Shown here: in pieces, positions 9,140-17,567 of the stretch
How positions within the stretch are numbered: position 1 is the first letter of the stretch
How the letters are laid out: every line of letters begins with the position of its first letter
Origin: Terriglobia bacterium
GTDB taxonomy: Bacteria > Acidobacteriota > Terriglobia > UBA7540
Direction of reading: 5' to 3'
Length of the DNA: 64,000 nucleotides
Assembly (NCBI GenBank): GCA_050018275.1
Contig: JBEKAK010000017.1
Span: forward strand, 6,015 to 70,014
Position numbers and translations under genes: made by a program
The notes under the pieces: generated by a model
Told to the model about the DNA's origin: nothing
Seen by the model: the letters and a program-made list of their open reading frames with translations, nothing else
The model's database searches: none

Positions 9140-11668
9140 TCACTTGAGGGCTATCCTCCACGCGACTTTTCCTGCCAGAGGATCATCCTTGAGGACGAAA
9201 GCCGCGCCGGCACGCTCCAGATGCAAGGAGTACAGGACCCCTTCCTGGGGGATATAGAAACGACCGCTCGCGGACGAGGCTTTTCTGCTGAAAGCGGCTA
9301 GTTCAATGTTCTTCCAGTTCATCTCGCCAGTGCTCTGAACCAGCGGCGCTTGCGGTATGACAGATCCATCTTTTACTAGCATCACGATAGGGATTTGCCC
9401 GCTGCGAAGCTCGTGCCAACGCGAACCCTCGTATTCTTCACCCGACTGATAATCGATCCACTGGCCTGGAGGCAGGTAGACGCGGCGGCGGGGAGAATCT
9501 TCCATCAGTGGCGCAACCAGGATGTTCTCCCCGAACAGATATTCGTCGTCGACAAACCAGGAAGTGGGATCATCCGGAAACTCAAAGAACAGCGTCCGCA
9601 TCATGGGGAAACCCTGTTCCGACGCGAGCTTCGCCTGGGCGTAAATGTAAGGCATGAGCTTGTACTTCAGTTCCACGGCTCGACGAAACTCATCCGTAAA
9701 CCCCTCGTCATAAGCCCATGGCTCTTTGGGGGGCGTACCGTGACAGCGGCTGTGAGAGGTCAGCATCCCAAAGGGCAGCCAGCGCCGATAGAGTTCCGCC
9801 GGGCTTCTTTGCACAAAGCCGCCGATGTCATGACTCCAAAAGGAAAACCCACAGAGTCCCAACGATAGTCCGGCCCGGAGCGTGGCCGCCATGGCGCTAT
9901 CCGTGTTCTCGGCGTCGCCACCCCAATGCAGGGGATAACGCTGGCTTCCAGCCCAGGCACTGCGCGCCCAGATAATCGAGTCGCCCGTGATCTCTTTCGT
10001 GATCTCTGAGACGGCCTGGTTGTATCGCAGCGGATACAGGTTATGTTCCCAGAGCCCGCTCTTCCCCGAGGCATAGATACCCTCCAAGGGGGCATCTTCA
10101 CCGAAGTCCGCTTTGATCGCTCCCACGCCCATCCTGAGCAGACCGGCCAGTTCATCTTGATACCACTTGACGGCAGCAGGGTTGCTGAAATCGAGGATCG
10201 CGTCTTCGGTCGGGAGATTGCCCTTGCCATTGCGAACGGCATATCCGTTATCAACAATTGCCCCGAAAAGTTCGTTCTTCGGTGTGAAGTAGGGGAGCTG
10301 CCACAGGCTGATATGGAACCCCTGCTCCTTGAGGTCGGCGATCATTTTGGCGGGATCGCGGAATCGAGTGGTGGAAAACTTGTAGTTGCAGCGCCACTCC
10401 TCCTCGAACCAGCCCGTGTCCAGGTGAATGACGTCTGCAGGGATGCGGTACTGGCGGAGCTTGCTGGCTACTTCTCGAACCTCGTCCTCCGAGTTGTAGG
10501 TAATCCGGCTCATCCAGAGTCCGAACGACCAAAGGGGTGGAACCGGGCTGCGGCCGGTGAGCGCCGTGTACGCGGAAAGGATCTCCTTGGGAGTGCCGAA
10601 GAAGAAGAACAAGTCGAGACAATCGTCGCCCGAATAGATCACATTCGCTGCATCGTAGGAGTGTCCAAAATCAAACGTCAGCGGCGCGCTCGTGTGCACG
10701 AACATCCCGTACCCTCGACTGCTCATGAAGAAGGGCACCGGCTTGTACATGTCCGCGGTCTGTGCGCTGTAAGCGTCGTGGGTCCACAGGACCATCTTTT
10801 GCCCACGCTTGTTGAGGCGCGTGAACGATTCGCCACCGCCAAAGAGCATCTCTTCGGGAGAGAGCAGAAAGCTGGCCGCCACGCGGCGTTCCAGATCCAA
10901 GGTTCGGCGGACAAACGAGAACGACGGCGGCATGCTGTTGGAGAGCGCCTTCCCGTCCCCGAGGTTCAGCGTGTGAGTCAAAAGCTTGCCACCGGCATCG
11001 CGGAACTCCACGTGCCAAGGGTCACGTGTCACCGTGACCGATCCAAAGGCGTTCTTGTACGTCACGCCGGTTTCACTCTGGGTCATTTCCCAGGAGGTGT
11101 CTCGACCGGGTGTGGCCGCCAGCATCAGCGAAGATTCGTCCTTGTGACTTCCCAACCGAGTGGCGATTCGGAAACGGACTGTCCTCGGACCCACAAAGGA
11201 AATTGAAAACGGAAGCACCGGATTCTCTGGGTAGGCATTGGGTGGAAACTCGTCAGATTTGATGTCCGCGTACTGGGTCTGGAATTGATTGAACATCATG
11301 CGGGGTTTTAGCTTGAGCCTCTTCCACTCAATCTTTCCAGATTTCGACGCGGGATCGAATTCGACGGCTTTCCCGGCCACAAAACAGTCGTTCTGCAGAT
11401 CGGTAAAATCCTTGCTTACGTCAACGGGTTGGTTCAGAAACTGCGAGGCGTACCCGGCGGGGCCAAGGCATAAGATCAATGCGGAGAAACAAAGCAAAGA
11501 GCGCAGGCTGCGCGGGACGGCCCCTCCTGGAACTCGGGTTTCCAAGTCTCTGTGCACGTATTTTCCCTCCTGCGGAAGTCGATTGCCACACGCTTCCCGA
11601 ATTCTGTTCAAACCCTTCTGTATTGCCTTACCTGCCTCCCACATTGGTCGCCGAATCCGGTGACCCAC
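9140..11668 (-). CDS. Glycoside hydrolase family 31 (alpha-xylosidase/alpha-glucosidase-like), secreted
   Basis: GH31 catalytic-region motifs (DVIHLDTGWFEEEW, GVGAIKADFGE, PLHWGGDAENT, WSHDIGGF) and a signal-like LRSLLCFSALILCLGPAGYA. The true start is probably downstream of 11668, with candidates GTG 11557 and TTG 11545. Confidence 0.9.
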   Translation of the reverse strand: MGHRIRRPMWEAGKAIQKGLNRIREACGNRLPQEGKYVHRDLETRVPGGAVPRSLRSLLCFSALILCLGPAGYASQFLNQPVDVSKDFTDLQNDCFVAGKAVEFDPASKSGKIEWKRLKLKPRMMFNQFQTQYADIKSDEFPPNAYPENPVLPFSISFVGPRTVRFRIATRLGSHKDESSLMLAATPGRDTSWEMTQSETGVTYKNAFGSVTVTRDPWHVEFRDAGGKLLTHTLNLGDGKALSNSMPPSFSFVRRTLDLERRVAASFLLSPEEMLFGGGESFTRLNKRGQKMVLWTHDAYSAQTADMYKPVPFFMSSRGYGMFVHTSAPLTFDFGHSYDAANVIYSGDDCLDLFFFFGTPKEILSAYTALTGRSPVPPLWSFGLWMSRITYNSEDEVREVASKLRQYRIPADVIHLDTGWFEEEWRCNYKFSTTRFRDPAKMIADLKEQGFHISLWQLPYFTPKNELFGAIVDNGYAVRNGKGNLPTEDAILDFSNPAAVKWYQDELAGLLRMGVGAIKADFGEDAPLEGIYASGKSGLWEHNLYPLRYNQAVSEITKEITGDSIIWARSAWAGSQRYPLHWGGDAENTDSAMAATLRAGLSLGLCGFSFWSHDIGGFVQRSPAELYRRWLPFGMLTSHSRCHGTPPKEPWAYDEGFTDEFRRAVELKYKLMPYIYAQAKLASEQGFPMMRTLFFEFPDDPTSWFVDDEYLFGENILVAPLMEDSPRRRVYLPPGQWIDYQSGEEYEGSRWHELRSGQIPIVMLVKDGSVIPQAPLVQSTGEMNWKNIELAAFSRKASSASGRFYIPQEGVLYSLHLERAGAAFVLKDDPLAGKVAWRIALK

Positions 11669-11694
11669 GAAGCGGATTCTCCGCCCCGATCAAC

Positions 11695-12010
11695 TCACGG
11701 GGGGGAAGCTGAATTCTGGGCCGGAAGCTCAGCCGCGCGCTCGCGCCAGTCCGCATGCCAGTAGTAGCTCAGCGTGGGGCGCGACGTGTAGACCGCCCTC
11801 GCGCCTCCCGACAAAGGCGCGGATCCCTTACTCACCGTCTGCTCGTTCATCAGTGCCAGCTTCGAGCCCGATGGCCCATACACGATCTGAGTATAACTCC
11901 CGCCGCGATTCTGCTCCACCATGCGCCCCAAGGCGTCGTAGGCGAGCCCAATCGAGCCCATGGTCGCCGCGTGCCCTTCGGCATCCCAACCATACGTGTG
12001 GAATGCGCGT
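11695..12010 (-). pseudogene. RHS/YD-repeat protein fragment, truncated at both ends
   Basis: Reverse frame reads FHTYGWDAEGHAATMGSIGLAYDALGRMVEQNRGGSYTQIVYGPSGSKLALMNEQ...LSYYWHADW, which is YD-repeat periodicity. After HADW the expected LGSxRL continuation appears only in another frame (GASARLSF), suggesting a frameshift near 11745. No N-terminal body or toxin tip is present. Confidence 0.6.
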
Positions 12011-12103
12011 GGACTTATACAGCTTGGCTGAGACTGGCGCGATAACCGCCTTTCCTTTCAATAACATTCTGGCTTCGCCTCGATTATCACGTAACCCTTT
12101 TAT

Positions 12104-12188
12104 TTTCAAGCCGTCATCCAGATCGACCGTTTTTCATTTCCTCTTGCCCTTTGTTTTCAATAACTCATCCAGATCGACCTTCATTTTT
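12104..12188. repeat. Two-copy direct repeat, period ~51 nt
   Basis: TTTTCAAGCCGTCATCCAGATCGACCGTTTTTCATTT versus TTTTCAATAACTCATCCAGATCGACCTTCATTTTT. The identical core TCATCCAGATCGACC lies at 12114-12128 and 12165-12179. Confidence 0.6.
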
Positions 12189-12285
12189 AACATCTCTTCG
12201 GGTGCGGGCGCCCTGTTTGATTTTCGTCAACAAATTGGTGATCCGCCGCACGTTCGCCGCGCGCCCGCCCGCGAACGTTCGCCAT

Positions 12286-12606
12286 GTCATTCCCGCGAAA
12301 GCGGGAATCTACGTGCCCCAGGGTGTTGATCGGGATGCGCGAACCCCGTTCGGCCCCAGTCCTCACCCTTGTAGACTAGCGCCACGCGCCGGGGGTATGT
12401 CAATGGGGGTTAATATGATTTTTCCTACCGGTAGGAAAAATCGTAAAGGAGGGGTGTCTGATCGTCCGAAATCCATCCTGCGCTTGCTTATTCCCCTCCT
12501 GGTTCAGGAGGGGGCCGCAGCGACTGCTGGCTTCTTGTCGTCACCCCCGCGCAGGCGGGGGTCCACTGCCGCCGCGGTCTGGATTCCCGCCTTCGCGGGA
12601 ATGACC
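12286..12606. repeat. Inverted pair of the 24-nt unit GTCATTCCCGCGAAAGCGGGAATC
   Basis: Forward copy at 12286-12309 and reverse copy GATTCCCGCCTTCGCGGGAATGAC at 12582-12606. The same unit recurs at 13582-13605 (forward) and 13690-13713 (reverse). Confidence 0.75.
12419..12440. repeat. Perfect 22-bp AT-rich palindrome TTTTTCCTACCGGTAGGAAAAA
   Basis: Read directly; it is self-complementary over all 22 positions. It stands out in a GC-rich context. Confidence 0.7.
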
Positions 12607-12716
12607 ACGTTGGACGAGAAGGGGCGGTTCGCGAACCGCCCCTACCTGCACGTCGTAGCAATCGTAGCGCGGGCCTCCTGCGCTTGCTCATTCCCCTCCT
12701 GCTTCAGGAGGGGGCC
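12477..12716. repeat. Two copies of a 40-nt hairpin unit exactly 200 bp apart
   Basis: CCTGCGCTTGCTTATTCCCCTCCTGGTTCAGGAGGGGGCC (12477-12516) versus CCTGCGCTTGCTCATTCCCCTCCTGCTTCAGGAGGGGGCC (12677-12716), 38 of 40 identical. Each contains a CCCCTCCTG/CAGGAGGGG stem. Confidence 0.75.
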
Positions 12717-13557
12717 AGCCCTGCACCAGATGGTACAGGGCCAGGGGGCGGTCGAGCAAGCGTAGCGCGGGCCTCCGTCTTTGAGGTGGGCGGTTCTTCC
12801 GCCGCGAGGCGGCCACGGCTGAAGTAGCGCCGACCGGAACCTGTCCCGATGAAATCGGGAGGTCGGCATCTTCGTGGTTTCCCTTCGTGCTGACCCCGCC
12901 TTGCGGGGTCAGCGCTACTGCGGCGTGTGCTCAGGCCCGTCAGGGCCGATAGATTGTGGCCCACGGCGGCAGCCGTGGGGACGCGGCAGCGGTTAACGCT
13001 TCAGCCCGCGTCAGCGGGCGACAGACTCGCTTGCAGTGGTCGATCATTTCTGTCGCCCCTGCCGGGGATCGTTTCTCGTTCTGCTTCTTTTTCCCATGGC
13101 TGTCGCCACGGGCCACATTCTGTCGCCGCTACGTGGCTTGCCTCCGCTCGCTTCTTTTCCCCATGGTGTGCTTTGGCCAGCCGATGACAACGCGAGGATT
13201 TGAAACTGAAAGCTGCCCCGATGCATCGGGACGGTCCTCCTAAGATTCGCGCTTTCGAATCCAAGGGCAAACTCACCCCAAGAGCGGTGACCCGCCGCGG
13301 CGGGACAAGTGACGAGGCGAGAAAGCAGGTGCTAGGTGCTGGGGGCTGGAAGGGCGGTGACCCGCAGCGGCGCATGGGTTGAGCCGCAGGGCCGCTCGCC
13401 TGAGCATTTTTGCGCATCCCAGTGACTCAGCCTGGGCAGGCCGGGAGGCAGGCTCAAAAGGCGCGTGCCTGCCCCGTTCGCGCTTGCTTTTGCTTGAACT
13501 TCGCCCTCGTAGGATGACAATTATTCGGGGTTTCCGCTTTGGAATCCGGCTCTTCCC

Positions 13558-13766
13558 GGTAGTGGTGTCATTTGGAGCGCAGTCATTCCCGCGAAAGCGG
13601 GAATCCACGCGCCGAAAATGGCGCTGCCGCTTTGGACAAGTCCGTCTGGCCCGGAAATGGTCGGCCCTAATGAGTTTAGCCTCCCGCTGGATTCCCGCTT
13701 TCGCGGGAATGACTGTCTTCACAGGCCCTCAAGAAAACTCAAGTTCCCCCAAATGACACCACTACC
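13558..13766. mobile_element. 209-bp MITE-like element with 18-bp perfect terminal inverted repeats and an 8-bp target-site duplication
   Basis: The TIRs are GGTAGTGGTGTCATTTGG (13558-13575) and CCAAATGACACCACTACC (13749-13766). They are flanked by direct CTCTTCCC at 13550-13557 and 13767-13774. The interior carries an inverted pair of the GTCATTCCCGCGAAAGCGGGAAT unit, and there is no ORF. Confidence 0.65.
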
Positions 13767-13781
13767 CTCTTCCCTTTTCCC

Positions 13782-13810
13782 TTGACAACCCAATATGCTT
13801 TCCGTAGGAT
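13782..13810 (+). promoter_or_regulatory. Candidate sigma70-type promoter for the TonB-dependent receptor gene
   Basis: TTGACA (13782-13787), a 17-nt spacer, then TAGGAT (13805-13810), about 90 nt upstream of ATG 13902. Confidence 0.35.
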
Positions 13811-13901
13811 GCCCCCGGATTTCTGTAACTCGTTGATATTAATTGAGCTTCTCACTGCCATCAAATAATCTTATAGGCTCGAAACCACGCGGGAGGGGCA
13901 T

Positions 13902-16900
13902 ATGGAGGGGATTATACGAGCGACCCGTACGCTTGGACTCTTATTCCTCGGAATCGTTGTAGCCCACGCGCCTGCAAATGCGCAGACGTTTCGAGGGACG
14001 ATCTTGGGCACCGTGATCGACTCATCTGGCGCCGCCATCCCTGGGGCAAAGATCATGGTCAAGAATCAGGGAACCGGCCTGACACGCACCACGGCCACCG
14101 GAGATGCGGGGACCTATCAAGTTCCAGAACTTCCCGTGGGCCAATACTCGATCACGGTCAGCAAAGAAGGCTTTGAGTCCGCGACCATGGGCGGCCTCGA
14201 AGTGACGGTGGCCGGCGAGCGCCGCGCGGACTTCACCTTGCAGCCGGGCCGCATCGAGTCGCGAGTGGAAGTGCAAGCTACGGCTCCCATGGTCGCAACG
14301 ACGGAAGACACCCTGGGTGGCACGGTGGAAGCGAGCCGACTTGCCGACCTTCCGGTGAACGGCCGCGACTACACTAAACTGATCTTCATGGCGCCCGGTG
14401 TCACCGGCTCTCCCGATCAGATGACCGATTCTCCCGGCTCCTTCGGCGAGATGTCCGTCAACGGCGCGCGCGGCCGCGCCAATAACTTCCTGCTGGACGG
14501 CACCGACATGAACGATGGCTACCGCAATGACCCGACCATCAACCAAGCCGGGGTGTTCGGTACGCCCGCCACCATCCTGCCCGTGGATGCCATCGCGGAA
14601 TTGGCGGTGCTTTCCAATTTCGCGCCGGAATATGGCCGCAACGCCGGCGCGGTGATCAACATCGTGACCAAGTCCGGCACCAACGCCCTGCACGGCACCG
14701 CCGCGGAATATTTCCGCAACAACGCGCTCGATGCGCGCAACTTCTTCAACGACGTTCAGTCCGACGGTTTTCTTCCGCCCAAGAATGCCTTTCACAACAG
14801 CCAGTATGGCGGCTCGCTCGGCGGTCCCATTGTCAAAGACAAGACCTTTTTCTTTGTGGACTATGACGGGCAGAGAGAAACCGGCGCCCTGGCGAGCCGA
14901 GCCTGCGTGCCGTCGCAGGCCGATATGCAGGCTGCGATCACCGCCATTGGCGGCTCGGGCATCGTTAACCCCGTCATCGCCGGGATCCTGCAGAACAATC
15001 CCTGGCCGGCCACTAGCGTTTCCGACGCCAATTGTTCCAACGTCCCCAACGTCACAACCTCCAACCCTTTCCGCAACCGCATCGATAGTCTTATCGGGAA
15101 GATCGACCACAGCTTCAACGAGAAGAACCTGCTGACCGGCCGCTACTACTTCGGCGACAGCGACCAGAACTTTCCCCTGTCGCTGGTCAACGGCGGCGCC
15201 CTGCCGGGTTTCAACACCCTGACGCCCACCCGCATCAACCTGGTGTCGATCTCTTACGTGCGAGTGTTTTCCTCCACGCAGGTGAATGAAGTCCGCTTCG
15301 GCTATAACCGTTTTCGCGAGACGTTCTTTCCCCAGGATAAGTCCTTTGACCCCGCTTCGGTCGGCCTGGATACCGGCGTGGGTTCGCAGGACTTTGGTCT
15401 GCCGCTCATGCGCTTCAGCGGCCTGGCGAGCCTGGGCTCGAACCTCTCCCTGCCGCGCGGGCGGACCGACCAGAACTGGCAGTTCATCGACAACTTCTCC
15501 TGGAAGTTGGGCCGGCACCAGCTCAAAGTCGGCTACGAATTCCGCCGCACTCCTGTTACCCAGTTTTTTGATGCTGGCTATCGCGGGCGAATCGACTTCC
15601 GCTATGACACCGCCCAAACCTCCCTCGAACAATTCCTGCTGGGTATTCCCAGTGGAGGCCGTGCTGCCGAGGGCGATTCCCGCCGCAACACCGCGCAGAA
15701 CTCCCACGCTGGGTACGCGCAAGCTAGCTTCCGGATCAGCCGCAAGTTGACGTTCAATTACGGTGTCCGGTGGGACTATTTCGGCGTTATCCACGAGCAG
15801 AACAACCTCTTCAGTAATTTTGACGCAGTGAATGGACTGCGCATGGTGGGAACCAGCGGCTTATCCAGCTTGTATAACCGCGACCTCAACAACTTCGCTC
15901 CCCGCGTGAGCCTGGCTTACGACCTGACAGGCAAAGGAAAGAGCGTGGTGCGCGCCGGGTGGGGCGTCTTCTATGACCTGTTCTCGCAGGATTTCTTCCT
16001 GGGCCAATTGCCCTTCAATACCTTCAATCCGGGCCCGGCTTATAACGGCGCCGGCGCCAAGCCGGTCCTGTTCTCCTTTGGCGTGGCGACGGATGCGGAA
16101 GGGAATAACCTGCCTCTGAGCGCTGACCAACCGGTCTTCCCACAGTCCACGTTTGCCGCCACGGACGTCTTCGCCGTGGACCGCAACATCCGGACGCCTT
16201 ACATGGAGAACTACAACCTCAACGTGCAGCAACAAATCGCCAACGGCGTGGTTCTGCAGGTGGGCTACGTGGGTTCCGAGGGCCACAAGCTGTTCCGTTA
16301 TCGCGACATCAACCAACCCACGCAGGACATGATCAATTCCCACGACCCCCAGGCGACCGGAGGCTGCTGCGCGCCCCGGCCGTTCGACAACGGCCCGCTC
16401 CCCCCCTCGCCGCCGTCCCCCGAGGGGACGACGTTTTTCTATGTGAACAACTTCGAGTCGTCCGCCAACTCCAACTACAACTCCCTGCAAGCTCAGTTGC
16501 GCATCACCAACCTCAAGGGCTTTCAGACCACGATCAACTACACCTGGTCGCATTCCATCGACAACGCCAGCGACGGCCAGGACTTCGTCGCCAACGCCTC
16601 CCAACCTAACAACAGCTACCGGCCCGACCTCGAGAAGGGCAATTCCAACTTTGATGTGCGGCACCGCTTCGTGTGGATGTGGAGCTACAATTTCCCGACC
16701 CGGCAGGGCTCTCTGGCGAGACTGACCAACGGCTGGGGCTTCAATAGCGTCATCACCTTGCAGGCGGGCCAGCCCTTCCACCTCAACTTCTTCGATGACT
16801 ACGACGGCACCGGCGAGTTCTTCCCCCGGCCGGATGTGGTGAGCAATCCCTTCGCGGGTACCCACACTCCGGACAGTTTCATCAACCTCTCGGCCTTCCA

Positions 16901-17291
16901 CGTGCCGTGCACTCTCAATACCGCGGGGGACGGGTTCGCGGATGCCTGCATCCAGGGCACGCAACACCAGGGGAATATGGGACGAAATTCCCTGATCGGC
17001 CCGCACTTCCGGCAGTTCGACTTCTCGGTGTTCAAGGATACGCAGATCACCGAACGCCTGAAGGTTCAGTTCCGCGCCGAGTTTTATAACCTGCCCAACC
17101 ACCCGAACTTCGCCAGCCCCTTGTATCCGGGCTTCTCGGCTGCCGCAGACAACACCGGCGTGGACCCTGTGAGCGGCCTCGGCATTGGTTTCTTTCCGCT
17201 GTCGCAAACTGGCGATGTGGGTGTGGGGGATCCCTTCCTGGGCGGCGGCGGGCCGCGGGGGATTCAATTGGCGCTTAAGTTCGTCTTTTAG
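13902..17291 (+). CDS. TonB-dependent receptor with N-terminal carboxypeptidase-regulatory-like domain
   Basis: 1129 aa with signal peptide LLFLGIVVAHAPANAQ and a CarboxypepD_reg-like segment (GTILGTVIDSSGAAIPGAKIMVKNQGTGLTRTTATGDAGTYQVPELPVGQYSITVSKEGF). A plug-like region follows, then a long beta-barrel ending ...LALKFVF. RBS GGGAGGGG lies upstream. Confidence 0.9.
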   Translation: MEGIIRATRTLGLLFLGIVVAHAPANAQTFRGTILGTVIDSSGAAIPGAKIMVKNQGTGLTRTTATGDAGTYQVPELPVGQYSITVSKEGFESATMGGLEVTVAGERRADFTLQPGRIESRVEVQATAPMVATTEDTLGGTVEASRLADLPVNGRDYTKLIFMAPGVTGSPDQMTDSPGSFGEMSVNGARGRANNFLLDGTDMNDGYRNDPTINQAGVFGTPATILPVDAIAELAVLSNFAPEYGRNAGAVINIVTKSGTNALHGTAAEYFRNNALDARNFFNDVQSDGFLPPKNAFHNSQYGGSLGGPIVKDKTFFFVDYDGQRETGALASRACVPSQADMQAAITAIGGSGIVNPVIAGILQNNPWPATSVSDANCSNVPNVTTSNPFRNRIDSLIGKIDHSFNEKNLLTGRYYFGDSDQNFPLSLVNGGALPGFNTLTPTRINLVSISYVRVFSSTQVNEVRFGYNRFRETFFPQDKSFDPASVGLDTGVGSQDFGLPLMRFSGLASLGSNLSLPRGRTDQNWQFIDNFSWKLGRHQLKVGYEFRRTPVTQFFDAGYRGRIDFRYDTAQTSLEQFLLGIPSGGRAAEGDSRRNTAQNSHAGYAQASFRISRKLTFNYGVRWDYFGVIHEQNNLFSNFDAVNGLRMVGTSGLSSLYNRDLNNFAPRVSLAYDLTGKGKSVVRAGWGVFYDLFSQDFFLGQLPFNTFNPGPAYNGAGAKPVLFSFGVATDAEGNNLPLSADQPVFPQSTFAATDVFAVDRNIRTPYMENYNLNVQQQIANGVVLQVGYVGSEGHKLFRYRDINQPTQDMINSHDPQATGGCCAPRPFDNGPLPPSPPSPEGTTFFYVNNFESSANSNYNSLQAQLRITNLKGFQTTINYTWSHSIDNASDGQDFVANASQPNNSYRPDLEKGNSNFDVRHRFVWMWSYNFPTRQGSLARLTNGWGFNSVITLQAGQPFHLNFFDDYDGTGEFFPRPDVVSNPFAGTHTPDSFINLSAFHVPCTLNTAGDGFADACIQGTQHQGNMGRNSLIGPHFRQFDFSVFKDTQITERLKVQFRAEFYNLPNHPNFASPLYPGFSAAADNTGVDPVSGLGIGFFPLSQTGDVGVGDPFLGGGGPRGIQLALKFVF

Positions 17292-17567
17292 GGCCGCCGG
17301 GGAGGCCGTACCCCCCAAGAGCCTGATCGAGGCGACGCGACCCGACAAACAACCGCCTCGCCTCTTCGGAACGGGCAGGCCAGTTCAGTCGTCAGGGGTT
17401 CGCTGCGTAGCGTCGGCGGCGGGGTCTGGCGAGCGCGGGAGTGGAACTTTTCGTCGATCTGGTCCCGGACCTGCTCGCACGCGCAGGCACGGTCCCCGCT
17501 TTCCATAAGAAGTGCGTCGGAGCTCGGATGCCTTCGCCACCCAGTGGCGTCGGTCGATGGGATCGGC

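Larger units (their letters stand above)
12050..13780. repeat. ~1.7 kb non-coding island of mixed short palindromic (REP/MITE-like) repeat families
   Basis: No credible ORF. The island holds dozens of hairpin-forming units, including four copies of GTCATTCCCGCGAAAGCGGGAATC, two copies of a 40-nt unit, GGGGCGGTTCGCGAACCGCCCC, CTGACCCCGCCTTGCGGGGTCAG, CCACGGCGGCAGCCGTGG and CCCGATGAAATCGGG. Track ORFs here translate to repeat-derived peptides such as VIPAKAGI, SFPRKRES and GRFANRPY. Confidence 0.8.

Noticed and set aside
12151-13756. Several 60-204-aa ORFs inside the repeat island (for example 12151-12765 and 13273-13722)
   Set aside because: Their sequences are simply translations of palindromic repeat units (VIPAKAGI, SFPRKRES, GRFANRPY and similar) in both orientations. 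There is no coding periodicity or RBS.
12050-13780. Possible CRISPR array
   Set aside because: The repeats belong to several unrelated families, occur in both orientations and have irregular spacing. There are no uniform repeat-spacer units and no cas genes.
14022-17348. 590-aa and 495-aa minus-strand ORFs
   Set aside because: Both lie antisense to the TonB-dependent receptor gene, which has clear family features. They are shadow ORFs.
17292-17567. Terminator after the TonB-receptor gene (GAGGCG...CGCCTC near 17330-17365), and a 72-aa minus ORF with a CACEQVRDQIDEKF segment
   Set aside because: The stem is short, has a 19-nt loop and has no U-run. The ORF's similarity to an anti-sigma zinc-finger N-terminus is too slight to report.
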